A stretch of 64,000 nucleotides of DNA from contig CAVJZP010000001.1 in assembly GCA_963654365.1 (NCBI GenBank), positions 16,862 to 80,861 of the forward strand, written 5' to 3'. Under the pieces are notes generated by a model. That model was not told where the DNA came from. It did not search any database and worked only from the letters and a program-made list of their open reading frames with translations. Shown in pieces: positions 8,473 through 17,865 of the stretch (positions within the stretch are counted from its first letter, which is position 1; every line of letters begins with the position of its first letter). The position numbers and the translations under genes were made by a program. This stretch comes from Oscillospiraceae bacterium (GTDB lineage: Bacteria > Bacillota_I > Bacilli_A > RFN20 > CAG-288).

Positions 8473-9818
8473 TTTCTTACCTCACCTATGTTGTTCAAAG
8501 CCCATCTCTTTATCTTTCCCGTCTGTGTTCTTGGAAGTTTATCTATGCAATATCGTATCGACTGTATCTGCTGGTCTCTTGGTTGCTTTGTATTGAATTC
8601 CTTCACTTTCTCTTCGATATTGACTTGATGTCTTTCATCATAGACAAAGAGAAGGATTCTGTTTTCTATTAATGCAATCGCATAATCCATATTCGGAAGA
8701 TATTCGGAAAGTTCATATTCATATTCTGGACAATAGATCTTTGTTCCGTTATCCAATACTAGAATATCTTTCTTTCTTCCGGTGAGATATAGTTTACCAT
8801 TCTCATCTATCTTTCCTAAGTCGCTTGTGTGAAGACAGCCATCTATGATTGCAGATTCTGTGTCTTTTTCGTTTTTGTAGTATCCCTTCATCATACAGGT
8901 GTCAGATGAAATAAGAATCTCGCCATCATCCGCAATTTTAATCTTGTCATCGGGACAGATTGTCATCGCATTCGGGTTATCGCCAATAGCTAAGGCGACT
9001 CCAGAACTTGTCTCAGTCAGTCCATATCCAAAGGCAACTCTTAGTCCTTTTTCCTTTATCAAGTCCAACGTCTTGTTCGGGCAAGGACCTGCGCCGATCA
9101 GTACAAGCCTTAGTTCAGGATTGAAGATTCTGTTTGCTGCCATGAAGGATGCAATCTGAGGAACCAAGGAGATGACGGTCGCTTTGAAATAGGTGCCATC
9201 ATCGATGATATGCCTTAATCCTCTTCCTAATGCAACCTTGCATCCGAAGGATAGCCCCCATAAAAGGGAGCAGACGAAGCCGAATACATGACTTAAAGGA
9301 AGAATGGATAGGAGGGTATCCTCTTTCTTTAGCGGTAATAGGCATCCTCCGTTATAAGCAGATGCACATAAGGAGGACTCTGTCAGCATGACTGCTTTAT
9401 TGCTTGATGTTGTTCCTGATGTGAAGAAGAGGATGTTTCCGTTTGCTTCGAGTTTATTCTCTTTAAGACTGTCTTTTAAAGCGCCGACAAGCTCTTTTCT
9501 TCCTAAAAGGAGATCGACGTCGGTTGATTGTATCTGTCTTTTCAGTACATCGATATCATCCATCGGATTCAAAAGGACAATCTGTTTCTTAGCTTTGGCA
9601 TAGGCGAAGACGGAGAGGATGGTTTCCAGATTGTTTTCACAGAATATGCCGATAGAATTCTTATCTTCTATCGGGTATTGGTCGATCTTCTGAAGCAGTT
9701 CTCTATAGGTAAGAGAATGGATGCTATTATCCTCATCATAAAGGATGGCAATGCCATCCTGCCCTTGATCTTCTAATAGTTCATGAAAACTTCCGTAACG
9801 CGTAATTCTTTCATTCAT
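8469..9818 (-). CDS. AMP-dependent synthetase/ligase (adenylate-forming enzyme, likely acyl-carrier-protein loading)
   Basis: Adenylation motifs are present: FFTSGTTSSNKAVMLT, GYGLTETSS, TSDLG, GRKKDILVLDNGTKIYCPEYE, PRTQTGKIKR. Confidence 0.85.
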   Translation of the reverse strand: MNERITRYGSFHELLEDQGQDGIAILYDEDNSIHSLTYRELLQKIDQYPIEDKNSIGIFCENNLETILSVFAYAKAKKQIVLLNPMDDIDVLKRQIQSTDVDLLLGRKELVGALKDSLKENKLEANGNILFFTSGTTSSNKAVMLTESSLCASAYNGGCLLPLKKEDTLLSILPLSHVFGFVCSLLWGLSFGCKVALGRGLRHIIDDGTYFKATVISLVPQIASFMAANRIFNPELRLVLIGAGPCPNKTLDLIKEKGLRVAFGYGLTETSSGVALAIGDNPNAMTICPDDKIKIADDGEILISSDTCMMKGYYKNEKDTESAIIDGCLHTSDLGKIDENGKLYLTGRKKDILVLDNGTKIYCPEYEYELSEYLPNMDYAIALIENRILLFVYDERHQVNIEEKVKEFNTKQPRDQQIQSIRYCIDKLPRTQTGKIKRWALNNIGEVRK

Positions 9819-9955
9819 ACCCTTATTATAGTCTATGAATAGTCAAGTTAAGCAAAGAAATTAATCAAACAGTGTGCAAAATGTTCATAAGAGACTAGAA
9901 ATCCAATTATTTTGTTCTATAATGATGTAAGCGCATTCCTAAAGGAGGGAAAAAT

Positions 9956-11416
9956 ATGGATAAGAATATTCGTATCGCTATTATTGGCGGTGGACCGGCT
10001 GGATTAGGTGCTGCAATGTATCTTGAGAAAAAAGGATACACAAATTATGTCATCTATGAAAAGACAGACCATGTCGGGGGCAAGTGCCATTCACCTGTTC
10101 ATAATGGCAAGCGTTATGAGATGGGAGCTATCATGGGCGCCCCTACTTACTACGCCATCAAAGATGTTGAAGAGTTCGCTGGTGTGACTCATGAAGGCCC
10201 GGCCTTGGTCCGTGGCTACATCTATCCGGACGGAAGACCGGATCATCGTTGGGATACTCAGGATGCCATGAAGAATCCTGCCAAGTATTTCATGAAGCAT
10301 CCTATCTCTGCTATCCATCTTAAGAAGTTAGCAAAGCAGCTCAAGAAGTTCGGAAAGATCCTTGAGACTGATTACAAAGGATATGATGTCACCGGTCATA
10401 TCGGTGTTGCTGACGGAAGATATGAAGGCTTTGCTGTCACTCCTGGCCGTGAACCAGTCAAAGGCGTCAATCCGAAGCTGAAGGATCTGGCAATGCCGTT
10501 CAAGGATTTCTGCGAAAAGGTCGGATGTCCGCTCGTTCAGGAAGTCTGGATTCAGCCTTACACCTCTTTCGGTTATGGCTATTTCGATGAAATCCCTGCC
10601 GCATATGTTCTCAAGTATCTCGATTTCAAGACCATGATGGACTTCGTCTCTCTCCATCTCTTCACATGGAAAGACGGAACCCAGTCTATCTATGAGGCCT
10701 TGAATGCTCATTTGATGCATCAGGCTACCTTGAATGCCAACATCACCAAGGTTGTCCGTGGTGAGAAAGTCGTCATCACTGTCAATGGACAGGAAGAAGT
10801 CTTTGACAAGATGATCATCACTGCTCCTCTTCAGGTTGCAACCGAAAAGAATCCGTTGGACAATCCGATTGCCAAGTCTCTCGATACATGGTTGGATGTC
10901 AACGATGAGGAAAGAGCGCTCTTCTCCAAGATTGACTATGAGCGTTATGATACAACCGCTATGTTGATTGAAAAAGGAAAGTATCCGAAGATCTCTAATT
11001 ACATCGTCGACAATATGGCTCCGGACAGAATGGGTCATCTGATGATTTATTATCATCGTTGGGAGGATGAACCCGATCAGCCGATTACCACCTATGTCTT
11101 ACGTCATCATAAGACACTCAACGGCGGAAAAGAACTCGATTACGAAGCGACAAAGAAGACGGTTCTCAAGGATATGGAGACTGTCAATGTTCCTGGCGAT
11201 AAGACACAGGGAAAGAACAAGGATGGTGTCATCTATGAATTCCAGACCTATTACTTCCCACATGTCTATTCCGAGGACTATGCTGCTGGATGGTATGATA
11301 AAGTCGAAGCGATGCAGGGTAAGAACAATACCTACTACGCTGGCGAAATCATGTCTTTCGGCGATATGGATGAAACCGTTGAGTATTCTCACGATTTAGT
11401 CGAAAGATTCTTCTAA
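9956..11416 (+). CDS. FAD-dependent oxidoreductase/isomerase, amine-oxidase fold (possibly PAI-type fatty-acid double-bond isomerase family)
   Basis: N-terminal dinucleotide-binding motif RIAIIGGGPAGLGAAMYLEKKGY...YEKTDHVGGKC. A strong SD (AAAGGAGGG) precedes the ATG. The subfamily call is from memory only. Confidence 0.75.
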   Translation: MDKNIRIAIIGGGPAGLGAAMYLEKKGYTNYVIYEKTDHVGGKCHSPVHNGKRYEMGAIMGAPTYYAIKDVEEFAGVTHEGPALVRGYIYPDGRPDHRWDTQDAMKNPAKYFMKHPISAIHLKKLAKQLKKFGKILETDYKGYDVTGHIGVADGRYEGFAVTPGREPVKGVNPKLKDLAMPFKDFCEKVGCPLVQEVWIQPYTSFGYGYFDEIPAAYVLKYLDFKTMMDFVSLHLFTWKDGTQSIYEALNAHLMHQATLNANITKVVRGEKVVITVNGQEEVFDKMIITAPLQVATEKNPLDNPIAKSLDTWLDVNDEERALFSKIDYERYDTTAMLIEKGKYPKISNYIVDNMAPDRMGHLMIYYHRWEDEPDQPITTYVLRHHKTLNGGKELDYEATKKTVLKDMETVNVPGDKTQGKNKDGVIYEFQTYYFPHVYSEDYAAGWYDKVEAMQGKNNTYYAGEIMSFGDMDETVEYSHDLVERFF

Positions 11417-11430
11417 AACAGAACGAAAAA

Positions 11431-11465
11431 AAAGAGACTGCTTTATCAAAAGGCGGTCTCTTTTT
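11431..11465. terminator. Bidirectional rho-independent terminator between convergent genes
   Basis: AAAGAGAC pairs with GTCTCTTT, with an A-run 5' and a T-run 3'. Confidence 0.5.
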
Positions 11466-11507
11466 AATTGCAAAAGTTGTTTTTAATTGCTCCTTACTTT
11501 CTGATGA

Positions 11508-12329
11508 TTATAAAGAGTCTTTTGTCTCTTTGATATGCTGAGTGAGTTTTACGATGTCTTCAATATCCATCTGCCTTGCACGCAAGGATAAGGAGGGATG
11601 ATTTTCTTCTTTTAAGATAGGAAGACAAGAGGCATAAAGACTAGACTGCTTCAGACAGTTAGAGATGGTCTTATTTGGATCTTTGAAGATAGCTTTGAAG
11701 ATCGGATAGAGTGAGAAGGATATATTCTGCTTTTTATCGATGCGGATAAAGGCGGAATCGACTTTCGGTGCTGGGTTAAAGGAGGAAGAGTCAACACTAG
11801 TGATGATACTGACTTCTCCTCTTGCTTTTAAGAAAGCGCCTAAAGGACAGTTTTCTTTCTTTCCTTTGATATAGATCAGTTTATCTGCCACTTCCTTCTG
11901 GACCATGACACCGGCAGAGATGAAGTCTTTCTCTAACATGTATTCCAATAATTCGCTGGTGATGTTGTAGGGAAGATTTCCGATGAAGGCACGGCTATCT
12001 TTACTGCTGTATTCATCCGGATTGAAGCGCAAGAAGTCAGACTGAATGATTGTGACGTTCTCGTTCTCTTTAAACAGGTCTTTTAAAATGGCGACCATAT
12101 CCCTGTCGGCGTCGACAGCGACAAGTTTCTTAGCTTTCTTTGATAACGGAAGCGTTAAAGAAGCAAGGCCAGGACCGATTTCGATGACAGAGTCGTACTT
12201 CTCAACATCCATTCCGTTGATGATTCTTCTGATGATTCCATCATTGATCAGAAAGTTCTGACCGAAGGACTTCTTAGCGACAAGTCCGTTCTCTTTTAGT
12301 AGGTTACTGATTCTCTCTTGTTCCGTCAT
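11508..12329 (-). CDS. rsmA: 16S rRNA (adenine1518/1519-N6)-dimethyltransferase
   Basis: KKSFGQNFLINDGIIRRII and VIEIGPGLASLT (SAM-binding motif). It sits in the conserved tatD-rnmV-rsmA order. Confidence 0.9.
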   Translation of the reverse strand: MTEQERISNLLKENGLVAKKSFGQNFLINDGIIRRIINGMDVEKYDSVIEIGPGLASLTLPLSKKAKKLVAVDADRDMVAILKDLFKENENVTIIQSDFLRFNPDEYSSKDSRAFIGNLPYNITSELLEYMLEKDFISAGVMVQKEVADKLIYIKGKKENCPLGAFLKARGEVSIITSVDSSSFNPAPKVDSAFIRIDKKQNISFSLYPIFKAIFKDPNKTISNCLKQSSLYASCLPILKEENHPSLSLRARQMDIEDIVKLTQHIKETKDSL

Positions 12330-12906
12330 CCTCTAAGTCCTCCAGTAAATCGTTCTTGCTTTTTGAAAGCATCAATAGTGCTTCTTCTACATTCTTTCCG
12401 GATGTATAAGGGATATGATACTTCTCTACTAGTATCATTCTTTTCTTCTTTCCGTTTGGACCGATCAGTCCTAAATCAAACATATCATCCTCTTCTAAGG
12501 ATAGATTCTCGTCGATATAGAGATCATGTCGGATAAAGGGTCTTAAATATCCTTTCAATGTCTCCATATCCATTTCAGCGACACCGACCTTGTTCTTTTT
12601 GATGGCTTCGCTTTTGTTGACATGGATAGTAAGGCAGGTCCCAACATTCTTTACGATCTGATTTTCGATTTTTCTTCCTGGGCCATCAGGATCAAGAAGA
12701 AGAACCAGTTCTCTGACTTTGTGCACTTCCTTGATGAACTCCATAATCTCTTTTCGGATGAATTTTCCACCAGTCTTGATGACAAAAAGACAGCCTAATT
12801 TCTTCAGCTTGTCCTCATCCATCATTCCTTCGACAACATAGGCATATCTGCGGTTGCTGTCTCTTCCATTTTCCTTTGCTTCGATTTCTGTTTCAGTCAA
12901 TTCCAT
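12304..12906 (-). CDS. rnmV: Ribonuclease M5 (Toprim domain)
   Basis: VVEGMMDEDKLKKLG and LLLDPDGPGRKI are Toprim motifs. It lies between tatD and rsmA as in Bacillus. The N-terminal extent is uncertain. Confidence 0.8.
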   Translation of the reverse strand: MELTETEIEAKENGRDSNRRYAYVVEGMMDEDKLKKLGCLFVIKTGGKFIRKEIMEFIKEVHKVRELVLLLDPDGPGRKIENQIVKNVGTCLTIHVNKSEAIKKNKVGVAEMDMETLKGYLRPFIRHDLYIDENLSLEEDDMFDLGLIGPNGKKKRMILVEKYHIPYTSGKNVEEALLMLSKSKNDLLEDLEDDGTRENQ

Positions 12907-13672
12907 AAAATCTTTTTCCGTTTCTATATAGTATTTCGGCCATCTCTTCCTTTTCTACTCCTTTCAATGAAGCAATCTTTTCAATGATGAGAGGAAGATA
13001 GGATGGTTCATTGCGTTCTCCACGATGGGGAACAGGAGCTAGGTAAGGACAATCTGTCTCCGTCAAGAATATCTTTTCATCGTTTTCGATGATGATGTTC
13101 TGAATCGTCTTTGCATTCTTGAAGGTAGACACTCCCCCGATGCCGATATGGATTTCAATGGGAAGTTTCAGATATTCTCTCAGCACTTCTTCACTTCCGC
13201 TGTAGCAGTGTAAGTCAATTTTAGGAGGAAGTTCCTGTTTGATGATGTTCAACGTATCGTAGTCAGCATCACGGGTGTGGATGACGATCGGAAGAGATAA
13301 CTCTTCAGCTAAATGAATCTGTTCGATGAATCTCTTCTTCTGAAGCTCTTTTGTCTTTTCATCCTTATCGTAATGATAGTCTAATCCGATTTCGCCGATC
13401 GCATAGATTCTGTTTCTGTTGCCTTTGATGATCTGATAGGCTTTATGGAAATATTCATCGCTTTCCCTTGCGAATTCAGGATGGATTCCTAATACACATT
13501 TACAGGAAGGATATTCATCAGAAAGGGAGAGAATCCTTTCCAAAGAAGGAAGAGAATCTCCATTGTTGAAGAAATATTCCACTCCGTTTGCTTCACTTCT
13601 TTTTATGACTTCATCCCGGATTGGATAAAGCTTCTCATCGTTGAGATGGCAGTGGGTATCGATGATTCTCAT
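12893..13672 (-). CDS. tatD: TatD-family metal-dependent hydrolase
   Basis: MRIIDTHCHLND..., AIGEIGLDYHY, VIHTRDA and HCYSGS are characteristic TatD motifs. Confidence 0.9.
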   Translation of the reverse strand: MRIIDTHCHLNDEKLYPIRDEVIKRSEANGVEYFFNNGDSLPSLERILSLSDEYPSCKCVLGIHPEFARESDEYFHKAYQIIKGNRNRIYAIGEIGLDYHYDKDEKTKELQKKRFIEQIHLAEELSLPIVIHTRDADYDTLNIIKQELPPKIDLHCYSGSEEVLREYLKLPIEIHIGIGGVSTFKNAKTIQNIIIENDEKIFLTETDCPYLAPVPHRGERNEPSYLPLIIEKIASLKGVEKEEMAEILYRNGKRFYGID

Positions 13673-13673
13673 T

Positions 13674-15032
13674 TTATTTACCTAAGCAGAACTTGCTGAA
13701 CAATGTCTGATAGATATCTTCCATTGTCTGTGTTTCGTGCTTTCCCATCATATCGTTGATCAAAGAGATGATGACCCTCATCGTATCGGATGCGATATCG
13801 ACTTGCATCGTATCTAAAATACAGTCTCTTGCTTGGATGGCCTGCTCTTTGATCTTAGAGAGATAGTCTTCTTCTCTTTGACCTAAGAAGGAACTCTCTT
13901 CTTTTCTGTCTAAATCCAATAAAGCAAAGATCTTATCGATAAGAGGATGGATATCATCGGATAGAGAACAGATACAGATATCGGCATCATCATGCTTGTT
14001 TCCTAAATCTTTCTTCGTTGCAATTCGGATGACTTTTTTCCCTTTTAGCAAAGCGGATATCTTTTCATCCTGATCGATCTCCTGAAATCCAGTGTCGCTG
14101 CAAAGTAGAATCAAATCACTGCTCTTCATCGTCTTATAGGAACGCTGGATTCCTAAGTTCTCAACGATGTCATCTGTCTCTCTTAAACCAGCAGTATCTT
14201 TGAACTTGAACAAGATGCCATTGATTTCCTTTTCTCCTTCTACGACATCTCTTGTCGTACCAGGAATCGGAGAAACAATTGCTCTATCCTCTCCTAGGAT
14301 TGCATTGAGCAATGTCGATTTTCCGACATTCGGTTCTCCTGCGATGCAGATTTGGAATCCCTGATATTCTTTGTTTGCTTTCTTTGTCTTTTCTAAGATA
14401 TCTTCGATATGAAGGATATCACTATTCAGTTTCTCCGCAATAGAGGAAAGGACCTCGTCATAATCATCGTTTTCACTTTCACTGTACTGATTTTCGACAA
14501 AGTATTCTAGCTGTGCTAGATATCCTAAGAAAGTATTCTTCAGTTCTTCGATGATCTTCGTATTGTTTCCGCTCAGCGTTTTAGCAGCGATCTCTTTTGC
14601 TCTTCTGCTGGTGCTGTTGATGAGGTCGTTGATGCCTTCTGCCTTGAGCAAGTCCATCTTGCCGTTGTAATAGGCCTGAGCGGAGAATTCTCCTTTCTCT
14701 GCTCTTCTTGCTCCATAATGGACAAGAGTCTGTAATAATTCCTCTACGACAAACATGGATCCGTGAGTAGAGAAATCAACGGAATCAAATCCAGTGTAGG
14801 ACTTAGGTCCTTTATAGAATGTCATGACACATTCATCGATCGGAGTCTCTTCCTTGTCTTTGTCATGATAGAGCTTGATGAAGTAGGAGTGATTCGGAAT
14901 GAGACTGTTCACGTCCTTTCTGATGATATGGGAAAGAATCTCTAAAGACTTGTCTCCGGATAGTCTTACGATGGCGAGTGCACTCTTATAAGGTGCTGTG
15001 GATAATGCGCAAATGGTATCAAAGATTAACAT
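13674..15032 (-). CDS. mnmE: tRNA modification GTPase MnmE
   Basis: FDTICALSTAP...AIVRLSG, G-domain GEPNVGKSTLLNAIL, DTAGLR, and C-terminal FCLGK. I chose the ATG at 15032 (MLIFDTI...) by comparison with other MnmE N-termini. The ORF-track GTG at 15056 is the alternative. Confidence 0.88.
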   Translation of the reverse strand: MLIFDTICALSTAPYKSALAIVRLSGDKSLEILSHIIRKDVNSLIPNHSYFIKLYHDKDKEETPIDECVMTFYKGPKSYTGFDSVDFSTHGSMFVVEELLQTLVHYGARRAEKGEFSAQAYYNGKMDLLKAEGINDLINSTSRRAKEIAAKTLSGNNTKIIEELKNTFLGYLAQLEYFVENQYSESENDDYDEVLSSIAEKLNSDILHIEDILEKTKKANKEYQGFQICIAGEPNVGKSTLLNAILGEDRAIVSPIPGTTRDVVEGEKEINGILFKFKDTAGLRETDDIVENLGIQRSYKTMKSSDLILLCSDTGFQEIDQDEKISALLKGKKVIRIATKKDLGNKHDDADICICSLSDDIHPLIDKIFALLDLDRKEESSFLGQREEDYLSKIKEQAIQARDCILDTMQVDIASDTMRVIISLINDMMGKHETQTMEDIYQTLFSKFCLGK

Positions 15033-15141
15033 AAGAAAATTATAACACGAAAACACAATCCGTTTCTTGTATCGGATAGTGCTTTCTTATTTTGTCTCAA
15101 CTGCTCAAATGATAGAAATGTAGTGAAATGGTTGGCGTTTA

Positions 15142-15603
15142 TCAATCGATTTTTTCAAGAATGACGACTTTGTCCAACTCTTTGATATAACTCACTTTGA
15201 CTAGCTTATAATCTAAGTCATCATTTCCAAGATCAGAAGAGATAATATCGTACTTGTGCCATTCGTAATCAAAGGAGATTTCATATTTGTTATGGATTGA
15301 CTTTTTTAAACGGTATTCGAAGACGTACATGTTATCTAGGAAATCATATATAGGTGAAAATCTGCTGTGTATGACATATAGACCGATGATTGGAACGATA
15401 GATAAAAACAAACCTATTATTATAAAGGATAATAATACTTTAACAGCAACCGCTTTGTATGAGTTGAAATAGAAACAAAGAGATGTGACAATGCCTACTG
15501 TTAAATATAAACCTGTTACAACAATCATAACTGTTGCTATGTACTTCATTTGTGTTTTATATGCCTTGTATTCGATGGTGTTTTTGAATTCTTCCTTAGT
15601 CAT
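15142..15603 (-). CDS. Hypothetical membrane protein
   Basis: 153-aa ORF with two clear hydrophobic helices. It looks more AT-rich than its neighbours. No family recognised. Confidence 0.5.
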   Translation of the reverse strand: MTKEEFKNTIEYKAYKTQMKYIATVMIVVTGLYLTVGIVTSLCFYFNSYKAVAVKVLLSFIIIGLFLSIVPIIGLYVIHSRFSPIYDFLDNMYVFEYRLKKSIHNKYEISFDYEWHKYDIISSDLGNDDLDYKLVKVSYIKELDKVVILEKID

Positions 15604-15645
15604 ATGTGCCCTTGTCGTTCCTTAGACTTATTATACAATAAAATC

Positions 15646-17865
15646 TTAGGCTAACGAAGTAAACGCAATACTATAGGAGCAATGATTTTTATCGTTGAAC
15701 GCATTCTTATTGAACTGACTTCTATATTGATTCAGTGTAAAGGTACTGTTCTTTTTGAATAGTGTGGAATTGGATGCAGGATTGGATTTTGAACAGGCAG
15801 TTCCGCTTGCGGAGATGAGACGGATCTCGTCATAGGCATCGCATTCGCTAGGAAGTCCATAATAGCTCTCAGAACGGGAGCCGGATTCTGTATTGGAGAT
15901 GACGCGGTAGATGAGATCCGTATTTCCGTCCTCAAAGGGAGTATAGGGATCATCATAGATGGAATAATCGTAACTATCCTCAATCGGTGTGACTTTGACC
16001 ATCCTTCCATCGACGTGATAGACTCTTGCCCCGCTTCCCTGAATATGATTGACGCTGTAGCAGTCATAATCGTATTGGTTCATGTTCTTGTCTGTGTAGT
16101 AATCGATAACAAGATATTCATCCATGGTATTGAAGAGAACTTTTCCATTGGAATCCTTCTTGAATTCCTTATTGTCCTCTGGAATCACAATAACAGCATC
16201 TTTCTTCTGCGAAGACGGAATGGTTATCGTGCAGTCTCCGTATACAATATAAGGAGTTACCCAACCCAAGAACAGCTTGGAATAGGGATTCTGATCCCCG
16301 ATATTGTTATCCATCATATCCGCCAGACCAAGCGGAGCATAGTTGTTGCTTGTCCCGCTGCTATTGTAGGAGTAATAGTCTTTTAAACCTAGCATATGAC
16401 CTGTCTCATGGATTAGGACATGAGCATCGCAGTCTTTGTTTTTGAAATCACCACCGGAATATTCCTTGAAGTAGGCATCATTGATGAAGTCGATGCTGGT
16501 CCATCCAAAGCAGTTGGCAATCGGCTTTTCCTTTGTTGTGTTTTCCGAGTTGTTGGATGATGTGAATGCCCAGGTCATCGTATTGCTCGAACTCGCTTTA
16601 TGCAGATAGACAAACCAGATGCCATCAACATATCCATCACCATTGCTATCGTAGTCATTCAGGTTGAGATGGTATTCTTTCTCTGCCCAGTCTAGAGCAA
16701 GCTGAGGAAGCTCAAACACGTTATCTTCCGTATAGCCAGAGAATTTGCTGTAACGGGAATCGACGCTGGCAGGATTGAAGTATCCGGTTGTCCCTCCTGT
16801 GAAATCCAATTGTCCAAAAGAAGATTTGTAGTAATAGGAATGCACAGATTCAAAGTAGAGATCACTTGAATTTCCGAAGAAGGCTTTGTTGATAAGATTC
16901 CAGTTTTCAGCAGTCGCCAATTTCTCATCACCAGGAGTGATAACGGGTATGACAAGAAGCGGAACTTTTCCTTTGGACGGTGTGTACTTCCAGTTGGCAA
17001 TATTCCTTTCGGAGTAATCTTCTACATTGTATTCGTTGATGACTTCATCGGGAGAATAGTATCCTTTTCCTTCTGTCTTTCCCTGTGTGGTATTGGTGAT
17101 TGTTACAGTCATATCCGTGTCATCCGTGTCCCAGGTAATCGTATTATCTTTGTATTCCTTGGGCTTTGAGAGAGTATCTTCCGGGATGCAGGTGACCATA
17201 TAGGAGGTTTTCAGTTCCTTCTCATCCCAACCAGTATAGATGAGAGAGACATTGTAGACACCGATATCAGAAAAGCGATAGGAGTCTGTGACCTCCATAT
17301 CATCGATCAGAATTTTATAGTCTGTGACAACATCGGTATAGGTCTTTGTATACTTCCCGCTTGTCTTTGTCTTCAGTGTCAGTTCCAATCCAGTGGCATC
17401 AAAAGCATCACCGATCAGGTATGAGGTCTTGTCTGCTGCCTTTGTGATGCTAATAGACTGAGATAAGGCACGCGCCTGACTGACATGGATCTCAAAGGAA
17501 GTGGAGACCCAGCCGTCTTTTGTGACGTTGATCTTCAAGTCTCCGACATCCATCAGATAGTCCTCTTCTTTGATTTCCTTGCCACTATAGGCATATGTCA
17601 AAGTGAAATCCGTGATTTCTTCTTTCTTTATCAGCGCGTCGGAATCGGAATAGGTGGACTGATAGACGGACAGTCCTTCAAAGGATACTTTCTCATACTG
17701 ATAGTAATCTATCTTTGTCGGCTCACTTTTCACAGTCAGTTTCTGATTGGTATTGATAACGCTTTCTGAACTATCTTTATTTGTTGTAGGTGCATGGATT
17801 CCGCAGGAAGCTGTGGCAAGCATCAAGAGTGCGATAAACGGCAATGTAATCTTTTTTGTTTTCAT
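15646..17865 (-). CDS. Surface lipoprotein zinc metalloprotease (HExxH; M6/InhA-like) with N-terminal Ig-like repeats
   Basis: Lipobox LATASCG. Two repeats of the type KxxYxxGDxFDxxGL precede HVLIHETGHMLGLKDYY, the zinc-binding HExxH motif. Confidence 0.75.
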   Translation of the reverse strand: MKTKKITLPFIALLMLATASCGIHAPTTNKDSSESVINTNQKLTVKSEPTKIDYYQYEKVSFEGLSVYQSTYSDSDALIKKEEITDFTLTYAYSGKEIKEEDYLMDVGDLKINVTKDGWVSTSFEIHVSQARALSQSISITKAADKTSYLIGDAFDATGLELTLKTKTSGKYTKTYTDVVTDYKILIDDMEVTDSYRFSDIGVYNVSLIYTGWDEKELKTSYMVTCIPEDTLSKPKEYKDNTITWDTDDTDMTVTITNTTQGKTEGKGYYSPDEVINEYNVEDYSERNIANWKYTPSKGKVPLLVIPVITPGDEKLATAENWNLINKAFFGNSSDLYFESVHSYYYKSSFGQLDFTGGTTGYFNPASVDSRYSKFSGYTEDNVFELPQLALDWAEKEYHLNLNDYDSNGDGYVDGIWFVYLHKASSSNTMTWAFTSSNNSENTTKEKPIANCFGWTSIDFINDAYFKEYSGGDFKNKDCDAHVLIHETGHMLGLKDYYSYNSSGTSNNYAPLGLADMMDNNIGDQNPYSKLFLGWVTPYIVYGDCTITIPSSQKKDAVIVIPEDNKEFKKDSNGKVLFNTMDEYLVIDYYTDKNMNQYDYDCYSVNHIQGSGARVYHVDGRMVKVTPIEDSYDYSIYDDPYTPFEDGNTDLIYRVISNTESGSRSESYYGLPSECDAYDEIRLISASGTACSKSNPASNSTLFKKNSTFTLNQYRSQFNKNAFNDKNHCSYSIAFTSLA

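Noticed and set aside
10328-11056. Long antisense ORFs inside strongly supported genes. They are 10328-11056, 24135-25004, 32667-33299, 35955-36623, 39794-40369, 51669-52244 and 38662-39090.
   Set aside because: Each lies fully within and opposite to a gene with clear family motifs. They lack SD sequences and recognisable motifs, as is typical of shadow ORFs.
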